From Candidatus Bathyarchaeota archaeon (GTDB lineage Archaea; Thermoproteota; Bathyarchaeia; Bathyarchaeales; Bathycorpusculaceae): 64,000 bases of DNA. Position numbers and translations under genes: made by a program. Below the pieces are notes generated by a model, which saw nothing but the letters and a program-made list of their open reading frames with translations, was not told the origin of the DNA and searched no databases. Shown here piece after piece: positions 22,392-33,800 of the stretch. Location of the stretch: positions 1 through 64,000 of the forward strand of contig CAWFFH010000006.1 of NCBI GenBank assembly GCA_963815095.1, written 5' to 3'. Position 1 is the first letter of the stretch. Every line of letters begins with the position of its first letter.

Positions 22392-24407
22392 ATGAGACTA
22401 CTCAATGAAAATGATACAGTTTTAGAGACTACTGATTTACCTATTTCGGCTGAAGTAAGGAGCAGTTCAAAAAACCAAGATACATCAGATTCAAAATATC
22501 AGGTGTTGGTAGAAAATTCACTTCAAGGAATAATGATCGCTCAGGGTATCCCTCTTCGCGTGATTTATGCCAATGAGTCTATGGGGAAAATATTGGGGTA
22601 TTCTCTTGCAGAATTCATTTTTCTATCATCTTCAGAAGTAGTGGCACTTGTCTATCCTGAAGATCGAGCGATTTTCTTTAATCGTTTTAGGGATCGACTA
22701 GAAGGTAAGCAAGCGGAAAGCACATATGAGTTTCGGGCTGTCCGAAAAGACGGTTCAATAATTTGGTTGGAAGCCTTTGCAACATTAATAGAGTATAACG
22801 GACAACCTGCTGTTCAATCTATATTCTTAAATATCGATAAACGTAAAAAAGTTGAAGAAGCGCTTAGGAAGAGTGGTGAAGAATACAATTCTCTTTTCTC
22901 GAACATGATAGATGGTTTTGCATTTTGCCAAATGATATTTGACGCATCTGGAAAACCTGATGACTTTGTATATCTTCAAATTAATGAGGCATTTGAACGA
23001 ATAACAGGTTTGAAAAAAGAGGAAGTTATCGGAAAAAAAGTAACTCTGGCAATACCCGGAATTAAAGAAGCAACTCCAGAACTTTTTGAAATTTACGGAC
23101 GAGTAGCACTCACAAGGCAAAAAGAAAAATTTGAAATTTTCTTCAAACCCCTAAAAATTTGGTTAAATGTCTCAGTTTATTCACCTAGAAAAGGCTATTT
23201 TGCAGCAGTTTTCGAAGACATTACTGAACGCAAGAAAGCTGAAGAATCTGTCAAATTTCAAGCCGATTTGCTAAATCATGTGGGACAAGCCGTTATAATG
23301 GCAGACGGCAAGAAAATAATTCGCTTTTGGAATAAATCCGCTGAGAAACTTTATGGTTGGACACAAGAACAGGCATTAGGTCGTGACGTCAATGAACTAT
23401 TAGGCGCCACCCCATCTGAGGAAGTAAATGAAGTAACAAAGAGATTAAAGGCCGGCGAGAGCTGGTCAAAAGAAGTCTTAGCAAACAATAAAGATGGCTC
23501 AGTTGTTCCAGTAATTTTGAATCGAACACCAATATACAATCAAGTTGGCGAATACCTTGGCGCTGCAAGTATATCTACAGACATATCCTTGCAAAAAACA
23601 ACAGAAGCTGACTTAACATATTCCTTAACTTCCTTATCAAAAAGCCTTGACAAAATTCAGGAACTAAATGAAAAACTCCGAGTAATCAGTGGCTTAACCC
23701 GCCATGATGTTCGAAACAAGCTATCATCAGTAAATGGTTACGCCTATTTACTTAAGAGAAAATACGAGAATCAATTCGAGATCGCGGATGGCTTAAGTAA
23801 GATAGAGCAATCAGTTAAGGAAATTGTTGAAATTTTTGATTTTGCCAAATTGTATGAACAAATTGGTGTTGAAGAGCTTATTTACATCAATGTAGAGGAG
23901 CAAATGGATGAGGCAAAAACTCTTTTTTCCGGATCAATGCCAACTATAACAAATAAATGCCAGGGATTAACAGTGCTAGCGGATTCTTTTCTTAGGCAGA
24001 TGTTTTACAATTTTATCGATAACACCAGAAAATATGGCAAAAAAACTAAAAACATTAGAGTTTACTTCGAATTAGAAAGTCAAAACCAACTAAAGCTAAT
24101 TTACGAAGATGACGGGATAGGTGTGCCGTTTGAGAATAAGGAGAGTCTGTTTAAGGAGGGGTTCAGCACGGGAGGCAGCACTGGTTTTGGGTTGTTCTTG
24201 ACGAAAAAAATGATAGATGTATACGGATGGTCAATCCAAGAGGTGGGTGAACCGGGCAAAGGAGTCAAATTTGTGATAACGATTCCAAAACTAAACAAAG
24301 ACGAAATCACAAACTTTCAAATAAACCTCGATTTCGAAAGATGCGAACCTAAAAAGACTGTGCAGAAACAATTGAATATTCGCACATCAAATGAAGTTAA
24401 AACTTAA
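22392..24407 (+). CDS. Cytoplasmic multi-PAS histidine kinase
   Basis: Three PAS/PAC repeats; TRHDVRNKL H-box; EDDGIG and GTGFGL-type boxes. Confidence 0.9.
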   Translation: MRLLNENDTVLETTDLPISAEVRSSSKNQDTSDSKYQVLVENSLQGIMIAQGIPLRVIYANESMGKILGYSLAEFIFLSSSEVVALVYPEDRAIFFNRFRDRLEGKQAESTYEFRAVRKDGSIIWLEAFATLIEYNGQPAVQSIFLNIDKRKKVEEALRKSGEEYNSLFSNMIDGFAFCQMIFDASGKPDDFVYLQINEAFERITGLKKEEVIGKKVTLAIPGIKEATPELFEIYGRVALTRQKEKFEIFFKPLKIWLNVSVYSPRKGYFAAVFEDITERKKAEESVKFQADLLNHVGQAVIMADGKKIIRFWNKSAEKLYGWTQEQALGRDVNELLGATPSEEVNEVTKRLKAGESWSKEVLANNKDGSVVPVILNRTPIYNQVGEYLGAASISTDISLQKTTEADLTYSLTSLSKSLDKIQELNEKLRVISGLTRHDVRNKLSSVNGYAYLLKRKYENQFEIADGLSKIEQSVKEIVEIFDFAKLYEQIGVEELIYINVEEQMDEAKTLFSGSMPTITNKCQGLTVLADSFLRQMFYNFIDNTRKYGKKTKNIRVYFELESQNQLKLIYEDDGIGVPFENKESLFKEGFSTGGSTGFGLFLTKKMIDVYGWSIQEVGEPGKGVKFVITIPKLNKDEITNFQINLDFERCEPKKTVQKQLNIRTSNEVKT

Positions 24408-24518
24408 AACAACATTCAAAAAATTAAGACACATTTATGGAATTCTACGGCTTCCGCTAACTCAGGAAAATGTAGCGAAAAAATAGAAAAAGAAGCTAAA
24501 CTTTTCTTTTTCAAAACT

Positions 24519-26093
24519 TTAGCGATCAGTACATGAGAAGCACGGGTCTAAACTGGCTAGATTCGCTGGAACGTCAGCTATGTTTTCATCAACAATTGTG
24601 TTAAGGAAGGCGGGCAAATTAGCAAAAGTAGGTGTTCGCACTTTAACTCTTTCAGGCATTGCGGTACCGTTGCTCTTAATGTAGTAGAACAATTCGCCTC
24701 TCGGTGCTTCAAGACGATGTATCGTTTCACCTTCGGGTACAGAACGGGGTAATTGAATACGGAATGGTCCCGTGGGAGGATGGTCTAGTGCATACTCAAT
24801 TATGTTGATGCTTTCTTCCACTTCATCCATGCGAACGTTCATTCTTGCCCAAGTATCTCCTTCAGTGTAAACTATCTTTTTGAAGGGAATTTCTCCGTAG
24901 GCTTCATATGGCGCGTCTTTGCGGACATCGATATCATATCCCGATGCCCTTGCTACCGGACCAACGCAGCATTGTTTTACTGCCTCTTCTTTGGAAAGTA
25001 CTCCTACGTCTATCATACGAAGTCTCAGGGAAGGCTCATTTGCATAGATTTGTCTATAGAACGGAAGCTTCTTTCTCAAATCCGCCATTACTGCCTTGAT
25101 TTTAGGGATATCAGCTTCTCTGATATCACGTCTTACGCCGCCTATACTCATTAATGATGCATAAACACGATTTCCACCTGTTAGTTCAATTAAATCCATT
25201 ATTGGTTCACGGTCTCTTCAAAAATACTGAAATAACGTTTCGAAGCCAATTTCTAATGCCGTATGGCCTAAACTTAGCAGGTGGCTGTGCAGTCTGTTAA
25301 GTTCTAAAGTGATTACTCGCAGGTATTTGGCTCGCTCTGGAGCTTCGGTCTTCAATAATTTCTCCACCGTAGCTACAAAACCGTAAGCGTGGCAAGCGTT
25401 GCATATGCCACATATTCGTTCTACCAAGTAAACGTCCTGAAGGTATGTTCGGGACTCAGTGGCTTTTTCGATACCTCGATGCACATATCCTAATCGGGGT
25501 TCAATACTTCTTACCGTCTCACCCTCAGTTATAACAGTAAACTTTTCTGGTTCACACAACGCTGGATGCTGCGGACCTATAATTACGTTGACTAGCCGTT
25601 CGTTCTCATTTAATTTGTTCACGTTATGCGGAGAAGGGTTAAGCTTAACCTCGTTTGCCTTAACATCTTTCCTTAAAGGAAAAATATTCTCAGGCCAATT
25701 CTCAGAAAGCAAAAGCCTACCTGGACTCGGATGACCCTCAAAAGTAACTCTCAGCAAATCTGCAACTTCTCTTTCATGAAAAGTAGCACCAGGAATTAAA
25801 TCTGTAATAGTAATAACACTAGGATTTTCTTTGGGAACATCCGAACGAACGGTGACAAATCCATCTGAAAGGCGAACGTGATAAAGAACGCCTATGTTTG
25901 CGCCAAGGTCTAAGCCGGTAATTGCAGTAAGAGCTGTTTTTTTATCCACATCCATCATGGCTTTTATTGCATCTTTGTGCTTGCCTGAACCCACGTGAAG
26001 GGTTACCATGCCAAGTACTCCTTTTTGGATTAGATATTGGCTGCCTTGCAGGCTCTTTTCAAGAACTTCAACGATATCTATTTTATTTTCCAT
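24519..26093 (-). pseudogene. Group 4 [NiFe]-hydrogenase large subunit fused to a NuoC-like domain (HycE-like), with an in-frame TGA at 25218-25220
   Basis: HEREVADLL..F.GHP..PLRKD; GPQHP; L1 ERICGICNACH; L2 DPCFSCTDR; FQYF*RDREPIMDL stays in frame. Confidence 0.85.
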
Positions 26094-26095
26094 TA

Positions 26096-26251
26096 TCATG
26101 CCCTTTTTATTGTGTCCACAGCTACGGGCCAAAACTGAATATCTGCAATTTTCAATACGTCAAGAATTTTCTCGTTAACGTCTAGAACTGCTATTTCGCA
26201 ACCGCCACAGCTTGCAGCCCAGCAAAAGGCTATTTTCAACTTTTGGCTCAT
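26096..26251 (-). pseudogene. N-terminal fragment of an MvhG/VhuG-type hydrogenase small subunit
   Basis: MSQKLKIAFCWAASCGGCEIAVLDVNEKILDVLKIADIQFWPVAVD then stop after 51 aa. Confidence 0.75.
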
Positions 26252-26411
26252 ACTTTCCAGTTATTGGAATAGCTTTCTTGTGTTAAAGATTTTTTGCTTA
26301 ACGCTAGCTTGTTTGACATGTTAAAGTGCGAAAAAGCAAAAAGTAAGGATTTGCATATCAATAAAAAAGAAATTCAACGATCGATTTCGTATGAAATGAG
26401 GAACCAGAACG

Positions 26412-26857
26412 ATGAATTGCCCGTCATGTAGCAAGGAAGGACAAAAAGTAGCTAATGAAACCGTAAAAACATTGTCATAGCCAAATGTCAGGGCAAGATT
26501 GTAGAAAAGGGCTACTTTATTTGTCTAAACCCGGACTGTGACGTGGCATACTATAATTCCGAATCAATTTTTGAAAAATCAGCATTAAACAAACCTTTAT
26601 GGTACAAGAAAAACGCAAATCCCAAGTATGCATGTTACTGCAGAGAGATTACCCAAGAAGAAGTCAGCAAAACAATCATGGAAACAGAACTAACAAAAGC
26701 AGATGATATTATGCTTCATTTACGTGGAACTGTAAAGAGTAACTGTAAAATTAACAATCCAACGGGACATTGCTGTCATCCTGCATTCAACCAGATGGTC
26801 AAGAACGCCCTCGAAACCAAAGCAGTAAAGAACCAAAGAAATATAACTGACCTGTAA
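26412..26857 (+). pseudogene. CopZ-N-like Zn/[2Fe-2S] protein with a one-base deletion in an A-run (~26467)
   Basis: MNCPSC..ETVK | IVIAKC..FICLNPDCDVAYY..ACYC..CKINNPTGHCC. Confidence 0.7.
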
Positions 26858-27000
26858 CGAAGCTTGATCACAAAAATACTAACTTAACACACAAAAAATA
26901 GAATTAATAAAATCAAATTGAAAAAAGAACAAATAAAGGAAATTACGCTGCAAAGCCTATAACGTGGGAACGATTCTTTAGAGGAGTTCAGTGGTCAAAA

Positions 27001-27582
27001 ATGGATGTACTGACGATAATACTGATTGCAGTAGGTTTAGCAATGGATGCTTTTGCAGTTTCAATAGCAAAAGGAATAGTCGTAAAAAGCCACAAAAGAA
27101 GGACTGCTTTGCTATTAGGACTATTTTTCGGCGGGTTCCAAATGCTGATGCCTGCAATTGGATGGCTTGTAGGCTTAAGTTTCAAAGAAATAATTATGGG
27201 TATTGACCATTGGATTGCGTTCGGGCTACTCGCTTTCATAGGCTCAAAAATGATTTATGACTCAACAAAAAAAGAAAAGATTGACACAGAAGAAAACCTC
27301 AAATTACACGTAATATTGACCTTGGCAATTGCTACAAGTATTGATGCCTTAATGGTGGGACTAAGCTTTGCTTTCCTTAAAACATCGATACTCGAGCCAA
27401 TCTTGATAATTGGGTTAGTAACCTTTTCACTCTCATTCACAGGGTTCTTCTTTGGATGTGGGTTAGGCCGAGTATTCGGAAATAGGATTAAGGTTGTTGG
27501 AGGGCTTATTCTAATAGGAATTGGTTTGAGAATACTTCTGGATCATTTACTTTCCACATCGTTTGTTTTAATAAACGCGTAA
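27001..27582 (+). CDS. mntP: Manganese efflux pump MntP
   Basis: LAMDAFAVS and ATSIDAL repeats, DHWIAFGLL. Confidence 0.9.
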   Translation: MDVLTIILIAVGLAMDAFAVSIAKGIVVKSHKRRTALLLGLFFGGFQMLMPAIGWLVGLSFKEIIMGIDHWIAFGLLAFIGSKMIYDSTKKEKIDTEENLKLHVILTLAIATSIDALMVGLSFAFLKTSILEPILIIGLVTFSLSFTGFFFGCGLGRVFGNRIKVVGGLILIGIGLRILLDHLLSTSFVLINA

Positions 27583-27586
27583 TCTT

Positions 27587-28330
27587 TCAAAGGCTGAGGA
27601 GCAAATCTGTGAAGTACATCAGAAGAATCCCGATTAGTAAGCCTGCGATAGTGCTTTTGGATGATTGTGCTCTTCTCAAAAGTTCCACAACTACGTAAAG
27701 TAGAGCTCCTGCTGCTATTGAAAAGAAAAGAGCACCTGCAAAGTCCGAATAAAACATCGATCCTATCACGCTTCCAACTACTGTAGGAAAACCTGCAAGA
27801 AATCCCATTAGGAGAAGTTCTCTTAGATGGACTGGAATATCTGAGACTGGTCCTGAAATGGCAATCCCTTCGGTTCCATTGTGAAGTGCAAAACCTACGA
27901 CTAATAATGTGGTCAATGCAAGCTGCCCGGCAGCATAAGAGGCTCCAAGTGCGAGACCCTCGCCAAGGTTGTGCATACCTATTGCAAAAGAAATTATGTA
28001 GACGGTTAAAGATTTTGAAGTAATATTTGAGGTGTTAGAAGGGTCTTTTGTTGAATGTCTTCTGGTGGATACAAGAAAGGGAACAAGAGCACCAATAATC
28101 AAGCCTGCAGCAAAAAGAAGCGACCCAAAATTAACTAGTTTTGACAAGTCGACGCCTTCTCCTGTGACATCAGCAAAAAGGAATAGTAGTATACCGATTG
28201 AGAAGCTTAAAAGCAAATTTCTCTTAGAACTAGAAAGTCTCCTGAACAGTGGAACTGGAAGAAGCCCAAGATACACTGGAACCAGACCAGCAACGATTCC
28301 CAACGTAATAGAATATAAAACGTCTACCAC
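27587..28330 (-). CDS. ZIP-family divalent metal transporter
   Basis: MHNLGEGLALG and LHNGTEG motifs. Confidence 0.85.
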   Translation of the reverse strand: MVDVLYSITLGIVAGLVPVYLGLLPVPLFRRLSSSKRNLLLSFSIGILLFLFADVTGEGVDLSKLVNFGSLLFAAGLIIGALVPFLVSTRRHSTKDPSNTSNITSKSLTVYIISFAIGMHNLGEGLALGASYAAGQLALTTLLVVGFALHNGTEGIAISGPVSDIPVHLRELLLMGFLAGFPTVVGSVIGSMFYSDFAGALFFSIAAGALLYVVVELLRRAQSSKSTIAGLLIGILLMYFTDLLLSL

Positions 28331-28630
28331 TATTGTCCCTTCTGATATTCATTAAGAAAAACTGTAGTAAATTCACTTATAACGCTTTAAATTCTTTTCT
28401 CGCAAAAATTAGCGAATAAACATACTTTTATTGTACTCTCCACTCAGATTTTGGAAGGTCCTTTGTACTGTCCTAAGTCCTGTTTTAGTGCAATGTTCCC
28501 ATGCAGTTTACACACTTAAACACATATGCTTATAAGCGCGTATGCACATATATGGTTATGTTAATAAGCGAACTCGAAGGGATAAAATATGGCTGCTCGC
28601 TTATTCCAAACCAAAAACAAGTGACTAAAA

Positions 28631-28768
28631 TTGGGCCGCATCAACGTTGAAATTTCAGACGAACTAGAAAAACAGCTCAGACTAAAAACCGTAGAAAGAT
28701 TCGGAGGAAAAAAAGGCGACTTATCCAAAGCTCTCCAAGAAGCAGTCAAAACATGGATCAAAAAATGA
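28631..28768 (+). CDS. 45-aa ribbon-helix-helix (CopG-like) protein, not in the ORF track
   Basis: TTG start; MGRINVEISDELEKQLRLKTVERFGGKKGDLSKALQEAVKTWIKK. Confidence 0.75.
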   Translation: MGRINVEISDELEKQLRLKTVERFGGKKGDLSKALQEAVKTWIKK

Positions 28769-28928
28769 AGCCGTCCCTCTTCAAATCCCAATAACTACCT
28801 TATAAGAAGCCTAGGTAAAAGGCAAGGGAAACCAGTTAGCCTGGAACTCCTCGAATGAGGATTATGGGCAATCTAACTGCAAAAACCCTTTTTAGAATGT
28901 CTTCCAAGCAAGCAAAGACAAATCGCTT

Positions 28929-29153
28929 TTAGCTGTTACCTTTCGTTTCATTATTGGCAGATTCGCTTTCGTTTCTTAATTCTCGTTTCAGATAAGCAAC
29001 TACTTCAAAACTTTGATTAATTTGAAGCGCAACGATAGAAACCAATTCCCACCCATCTAAACCATATTTATTTAACAACTCTTCTTGCGTTTTGACGCCA
29101 GCATCCTGAATGCCTTTTACTAGAGCAATTGAGACATATTCCCATTTTGTCAT
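28929..29153 (-). CDS. DUF4177-like small protein
   Basis: MTKWEY..LLNKYGLDGWELVS..YLKR; GAGG RBS. Confidence 0.75.
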   Translation of the reverse strand: MTKWEYVSIALVKGIQDAGVKTQEELLNKYGLDGWELVSIVALQINQSFEVVAYLKRELRNESESANNETKGNS

Positions 29154-30670
29154 GTTTTAACCTCTAACCTCATTTTTTTTTCTGTAGAACTGAATTAGTC
29201 AAGTAGTATTTTTCTTTTGAGGTTAATTTGGTTTAAGATTCAAAAGACTTCAGAACCTTGAAAAGTGTTGTTTGGATAGCTTTTTGCATTCTCCGGTCAA
29301 AAAAAAGTTCACATTATAGCCCATACGAGTACTCTGTTCCGGTAAAAGATTTTCGCGAATTGGAGCCTTTAGAGTAAGTCAAATCAAAATATTCGTTATT
29401 TATTTTATAGATTCTGATGATAAGAGAAAACCCGTCAAGCTTTTCTCGGTCTATACCCCAAAATTTGGAAGTCCGTAGGCGTACCTCAATCCATAAGGTT
29501 CCAAACACATTTCAAAGTTTGAATCAGCCGGTAGGATATTTAACTCGGGCCACTTTGAAAACATGCTGGCATTTATTGCATGTGTAATGCTTCAATGAGA
29601 AGAACGGGTTTTCTACTTCTTTTTGGAGCTGAGCAAATTCTGTTCTGCATCTAGGGCACTTAACCATATTTGGCGCACTTTCTATGTGCGTTACATCGTA
29701 CGATAAAAGTCTTGTGTGACGTTAATGTCGATGTTAACGTCAATAAACCGAAACCCAACTTGATAAACGGAGCAATGTGGAAGAAGGTCATTTACTAATT
29801 GGGCGGGCAGGATAAGTCAAATCAGAAATTATTTTTTGAATTTTCTAAGTTCTGAGGATAAGCTAATGTCATCTGTCTAACAGTCAAATTAGCCAAATTT
29901 ACTACCACGATAATGTAGCGCTCTTTGAATATTGGCTATTGAGCTTTCTGAATAATTTGAATTCACCGAAATCGCAGGCATCCAAAAAGCAACTTGAACT
30001 ATCATGGCTTTCATAAAAAGAAACCGAAAACCAAACTCATGGCACAGGAACAGAATCCCCAACATTCACCTACACTCACACTGCCCAAGATAGAAACCAA
30101 CATAGCAGTCTAAACCAGCTCCCAACCCGCAAACTACAACTCCAAAACCCTCAACCGCCTACCCCCTCACACTTATTCTGAACCCAACTCTCAACACACC
30201 TATCTACACACCAAACTTGGCCCAACGCTTAAAGTTGCTGCGCCATTTCAAGTCAAAAACCCTACCAAACACGACAAAACACCTCCAAAACAGGCCAAAA
30301 CACGCCAAAAAACGACAAAATAGGGAACCGCAAAAACCCCAAAAACAACCCCTTAACCAAAAACCACCCCAAACAAGCCATATCCAACACCCCAAAACCC
30401 CATTTACAACAGACACATTCATCATAAATTGGAACAATCCGCCAAATTTTACCAAACAAAACATAACATTTCACACATCAAACCACACTTTTTGTCACAC
30501 GCAAAAACCCAAAAAAACACGTTCACCCAACCAAACCTTCAAAAGGGCAAATCAAGCCCTCTTGTTGCATCACAAACAGGTAAACAAAACCAAACCCCAA
30601 AGACTAACGTGCAATTCTAACACAAAGAAAACAAAAAGAATCTTACAGATGATATCCGCCCTATTTTTTA

Positions 30671-30693
30671 TTCAAATCTCAAGCCCCTCACCA
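30671..30693 (+). repeat. Degenerate copy of the tRNA-Pro T-arm/3' end
   Basis: TTCAAATCTCAAGCCCCTCACCA vs tRNA TTCAAATCCCAGCGGCCTCACCA, 18/23 ungapped. Confidence 0.6.
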
Positions 30694-30835
30694 GACCCCT
30701 TCTGAACTGTTTAGAAACTTTCTATAATTGCAGCAACTTATTGTGGTTACGCATTTGTTTTGGGGTGATTGTGGGAAAACCTTCTAATTCGAGAGGCATT
30801 TTCCAATATGGAAAACGCAGCAAAGTCTTTGGGGT

Positions 30836-33800
30836 TTGGCTCAATTGTCAAGAAACCTATTCGGTTCACTAAACAAATTCATAGTTAAACGTCATCGTTG
30901 GATAATTATCGCTTGGGTTATTGCTTTAGTTATTTCGTTAAGTTTGGTTCCTAGTTTCTTCTCAGCCGTTTCCTACAACCTTGTAGGCGGCTTTGCCGCA
31001 CCTTCAAACAGCCAATCTGAAAAAGCCTCCGAAATAATGGATGCGCAGTTTCCAAATCACTCAAACCAAAGCTCCAGCAGCATCCTTATTGTAATTCAAG
31101 GCACACAACCATATTCCGACGCCTTAAAGAAAGCCATACTTGATCTAAACCAAACAATCACTCAAGACTCAAGCATCGTGAATTTTACAGGTATTTCAAG
31201 CCTCTATTCCACTGAGTACAGTTTACTTAATTCTTCTCTTCCAAGCATAATCCCACAAGTAAACGCCTTAGCATCAAATATCAGCTACATAAACACAGGC
31301 ATCTACACGTTAGCGCAAAACTTGTCCTCACTGAGCACAAACCTATTCCAAACCATCGAGGGAATCAACCAAACCGCCCAGTTGGTCTATGGAATCCCCA
31401 CGGTTTTTGTGGGTGCTTGGCAAGAAATAACCAGTCAAGGAGTATCTGACCCATACAATGCAAATCTCCAAGCCAACACAACCACATATCAAATTACAAA
31501 CAATTTTGGAGGCGACCCAAACTCCATTGGATACTACACAGCGTTCTTTAACGTTTGGAACTCCAGCTTCCTTAATCTGCCAAGCAACTCCAGCTCTGTT
31601 CTTGACAGAGAAACCTTAGCCATAAACCAGTCAGTCGCCCTGTTCTTGAGCTCTCCACAAATAGACAACCAAACCCAACAAATAGTAACCCTTGTCGCTT
31701 CAGGCCTTAACCCAACAAGCTGGAGCCAAAGCGACACCATAACAAATCTTGCAACTTCAACGCTGGCAGCAAACATCCCCAAAGACCTATCCAGCCAACT
31801 AGGTACATCACCCCAAACACTAATCAATCAACTATACAGCTACGGTTCTTCACCCTCAAACACAACAATTCTAAATTACGCAATAACATTAACAGAAAAC
31901 TCCATGGGAAACCTAACTGCCACAGACGTAGGTTTTTCACCAACCCAACTAGTAAATGAAACCGCCAACTTGGGAGCATCACCAAATTTCGCTCAACAAT
32001 GGACGTTAGCTTCAGAATTTATCGCAAACGCAACCCAAACCGCATTTATGGGGTCTCCACTTTTCTCCATCAACAGCACTGCTCTGGCTAACTTTCTTTC
32101 GAGCCTACCACAAAACGCATCATCAACAGAGATTGATGGAGCAATCTCAAACACAATCACAAACCAAAGCTACGCAAACTTCCCCTATCAACCAACCAGC
32201 GCGATAACCAAAAACTTTGTTGGTTCCGACAACAAAACTGTACTCATCATTTTGGGCTTCTCCTCAGAACCCGACGCTAAATCAATTGCCCAAGTAAAGT
32301 TAGCTATAGACAACTCAGCGCTCAAGAACCTCGGCACTGCTTACATAACTGGATCGCCCATTCTAGGGCGAGACATCGAAAACGCCTTCATACCCGCACT
32401 TGAAGTTACTGTGGGACCAGCAATTGGGATTTCGTTGTTGATTGTTGGACTCTTGTTTTTAGCACCCTTAGCTGCACTCATCCCACTAGTGATAGGAGGT
32501 TTTTCAACCGTTATTTCCCTCGCCTCTATCTATTTTGGAATAGTGATTGTGGGCAAAGGCAGCATAACCTTCCTAACTCCCACACTAACCATTTTGCTAT
32601 TGCTAGGACTGGCAGTTGATTACGCGGTTTTGCAGCTAAGACGAACAAAAGAAGAAAGACAACAAGGAAAATCCATAGAAGAAAGTGTGGGACTCTCAGT
32701 GCGGTGGGCTGGACAAGCGGTTCTGACAGCAGGAATCACCGTTATTGTAGCCTACATCGTGATGGCCGTAGTAAACGTACCTATCTTCAGCGACGTAGGA
32801 ACAGCCATAGCCATAAGCGTCTCCATCCTGCTTGCCGCCTCACTAACACTCCTGCCTGCCCTTGAAATTTCGTTGAAAGACAAAATCTTCTGGCCAGGAC
32901 TAAACAAAAACAAAAATAACACATCCAAAACCCCGCGCTTAAGAACCCTCGCAAAAAACATCTTAAAACGGAAAAAGGTAATAGTCATCTTAATCAGTGC
33001 ACTTGCTTTAGGAGCCTTCTACGTTGAATACACAACACCAACTGGCTCAGATTTCCTCAAACTTATCCCCAACTTCCAAAGCAACCAAGGCTTAACCGTC
33101 ATCTCTAACAGTTTTGGCAGCGCCTTCACAAGCCCAACTACAATAGTTATAACGACTCCCACTCAGATCGTTTACGCCGACAACCAATTTAACCAAACCC
33201 TAATGGATCAACTTGAATTAATCACTAACACAGTCGCTAATTCACCGGGTGTTGTTAGTGTGGCCAGTCCAACAAGACCATACGGGTCCACGTTCAACTA
33301 CGCCGAACTATCTATCATGTCAGATATTCTTCAACCACAATATGAGAGCCAAATTCTCTCCATGATAGGTAAAGATAACAAAACGGCTCAGGTCACAATA
33401 GGTCTTTCAAAGGAATCACAAAGCCAAGCAGCAATGACAACATTGAAGCAAATAGAGAAAAACGTTAACGCACTCCCACTCATTAATGACGTCGATGTTA
33501 CTTTCGGTGGAGAAACACAATCCTCAATCGATAGCCAAGCCTTTATGGCTAATCTGCTTCCCGAAGTCGTTATAATCCTCGCCATCGCAGTATACATAAT
33601 TCTTTTCATCCAACTCCGTTCAGCCTTCACACCTCTACGACTCATTTTCACAATACTATGCAGCGTCGCCTTTGCTTTAGCTATACTTGCCGCTATTTTC
33701 TATTACGGCAGCAACCTGCCAATCCTCGACTTCGCACCCCTCTTCGTAGTAGTAACTATGCTTGGCGTAGGAATAGACTATGACATATTTTTTGTCACCC

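Larger units (their letters stand above)
22212..30693. mobile_element. Putative older island 2 in tandem at tRNA-Pro
   Basis: Bounded by a degenerate tRNA 3' copy at 30671-30693; decayed cargo. Confidence 0.5.

Noticed and set aside
15074-25220. TGA recoding (Sec, Trp or Gly) suggested by two in-frame TGA codons
   Set aside because: One aligns with Gly and the other probably with Trp, neither with Cys; TGA is a normal stop elsewhere (e.g. leuS). Independent nonsense changes fit better.
30204-30705. ORFs in the A/C-rich tract
   Set aside because: Low-complexity translations arising from base skew; no RBS or domain.
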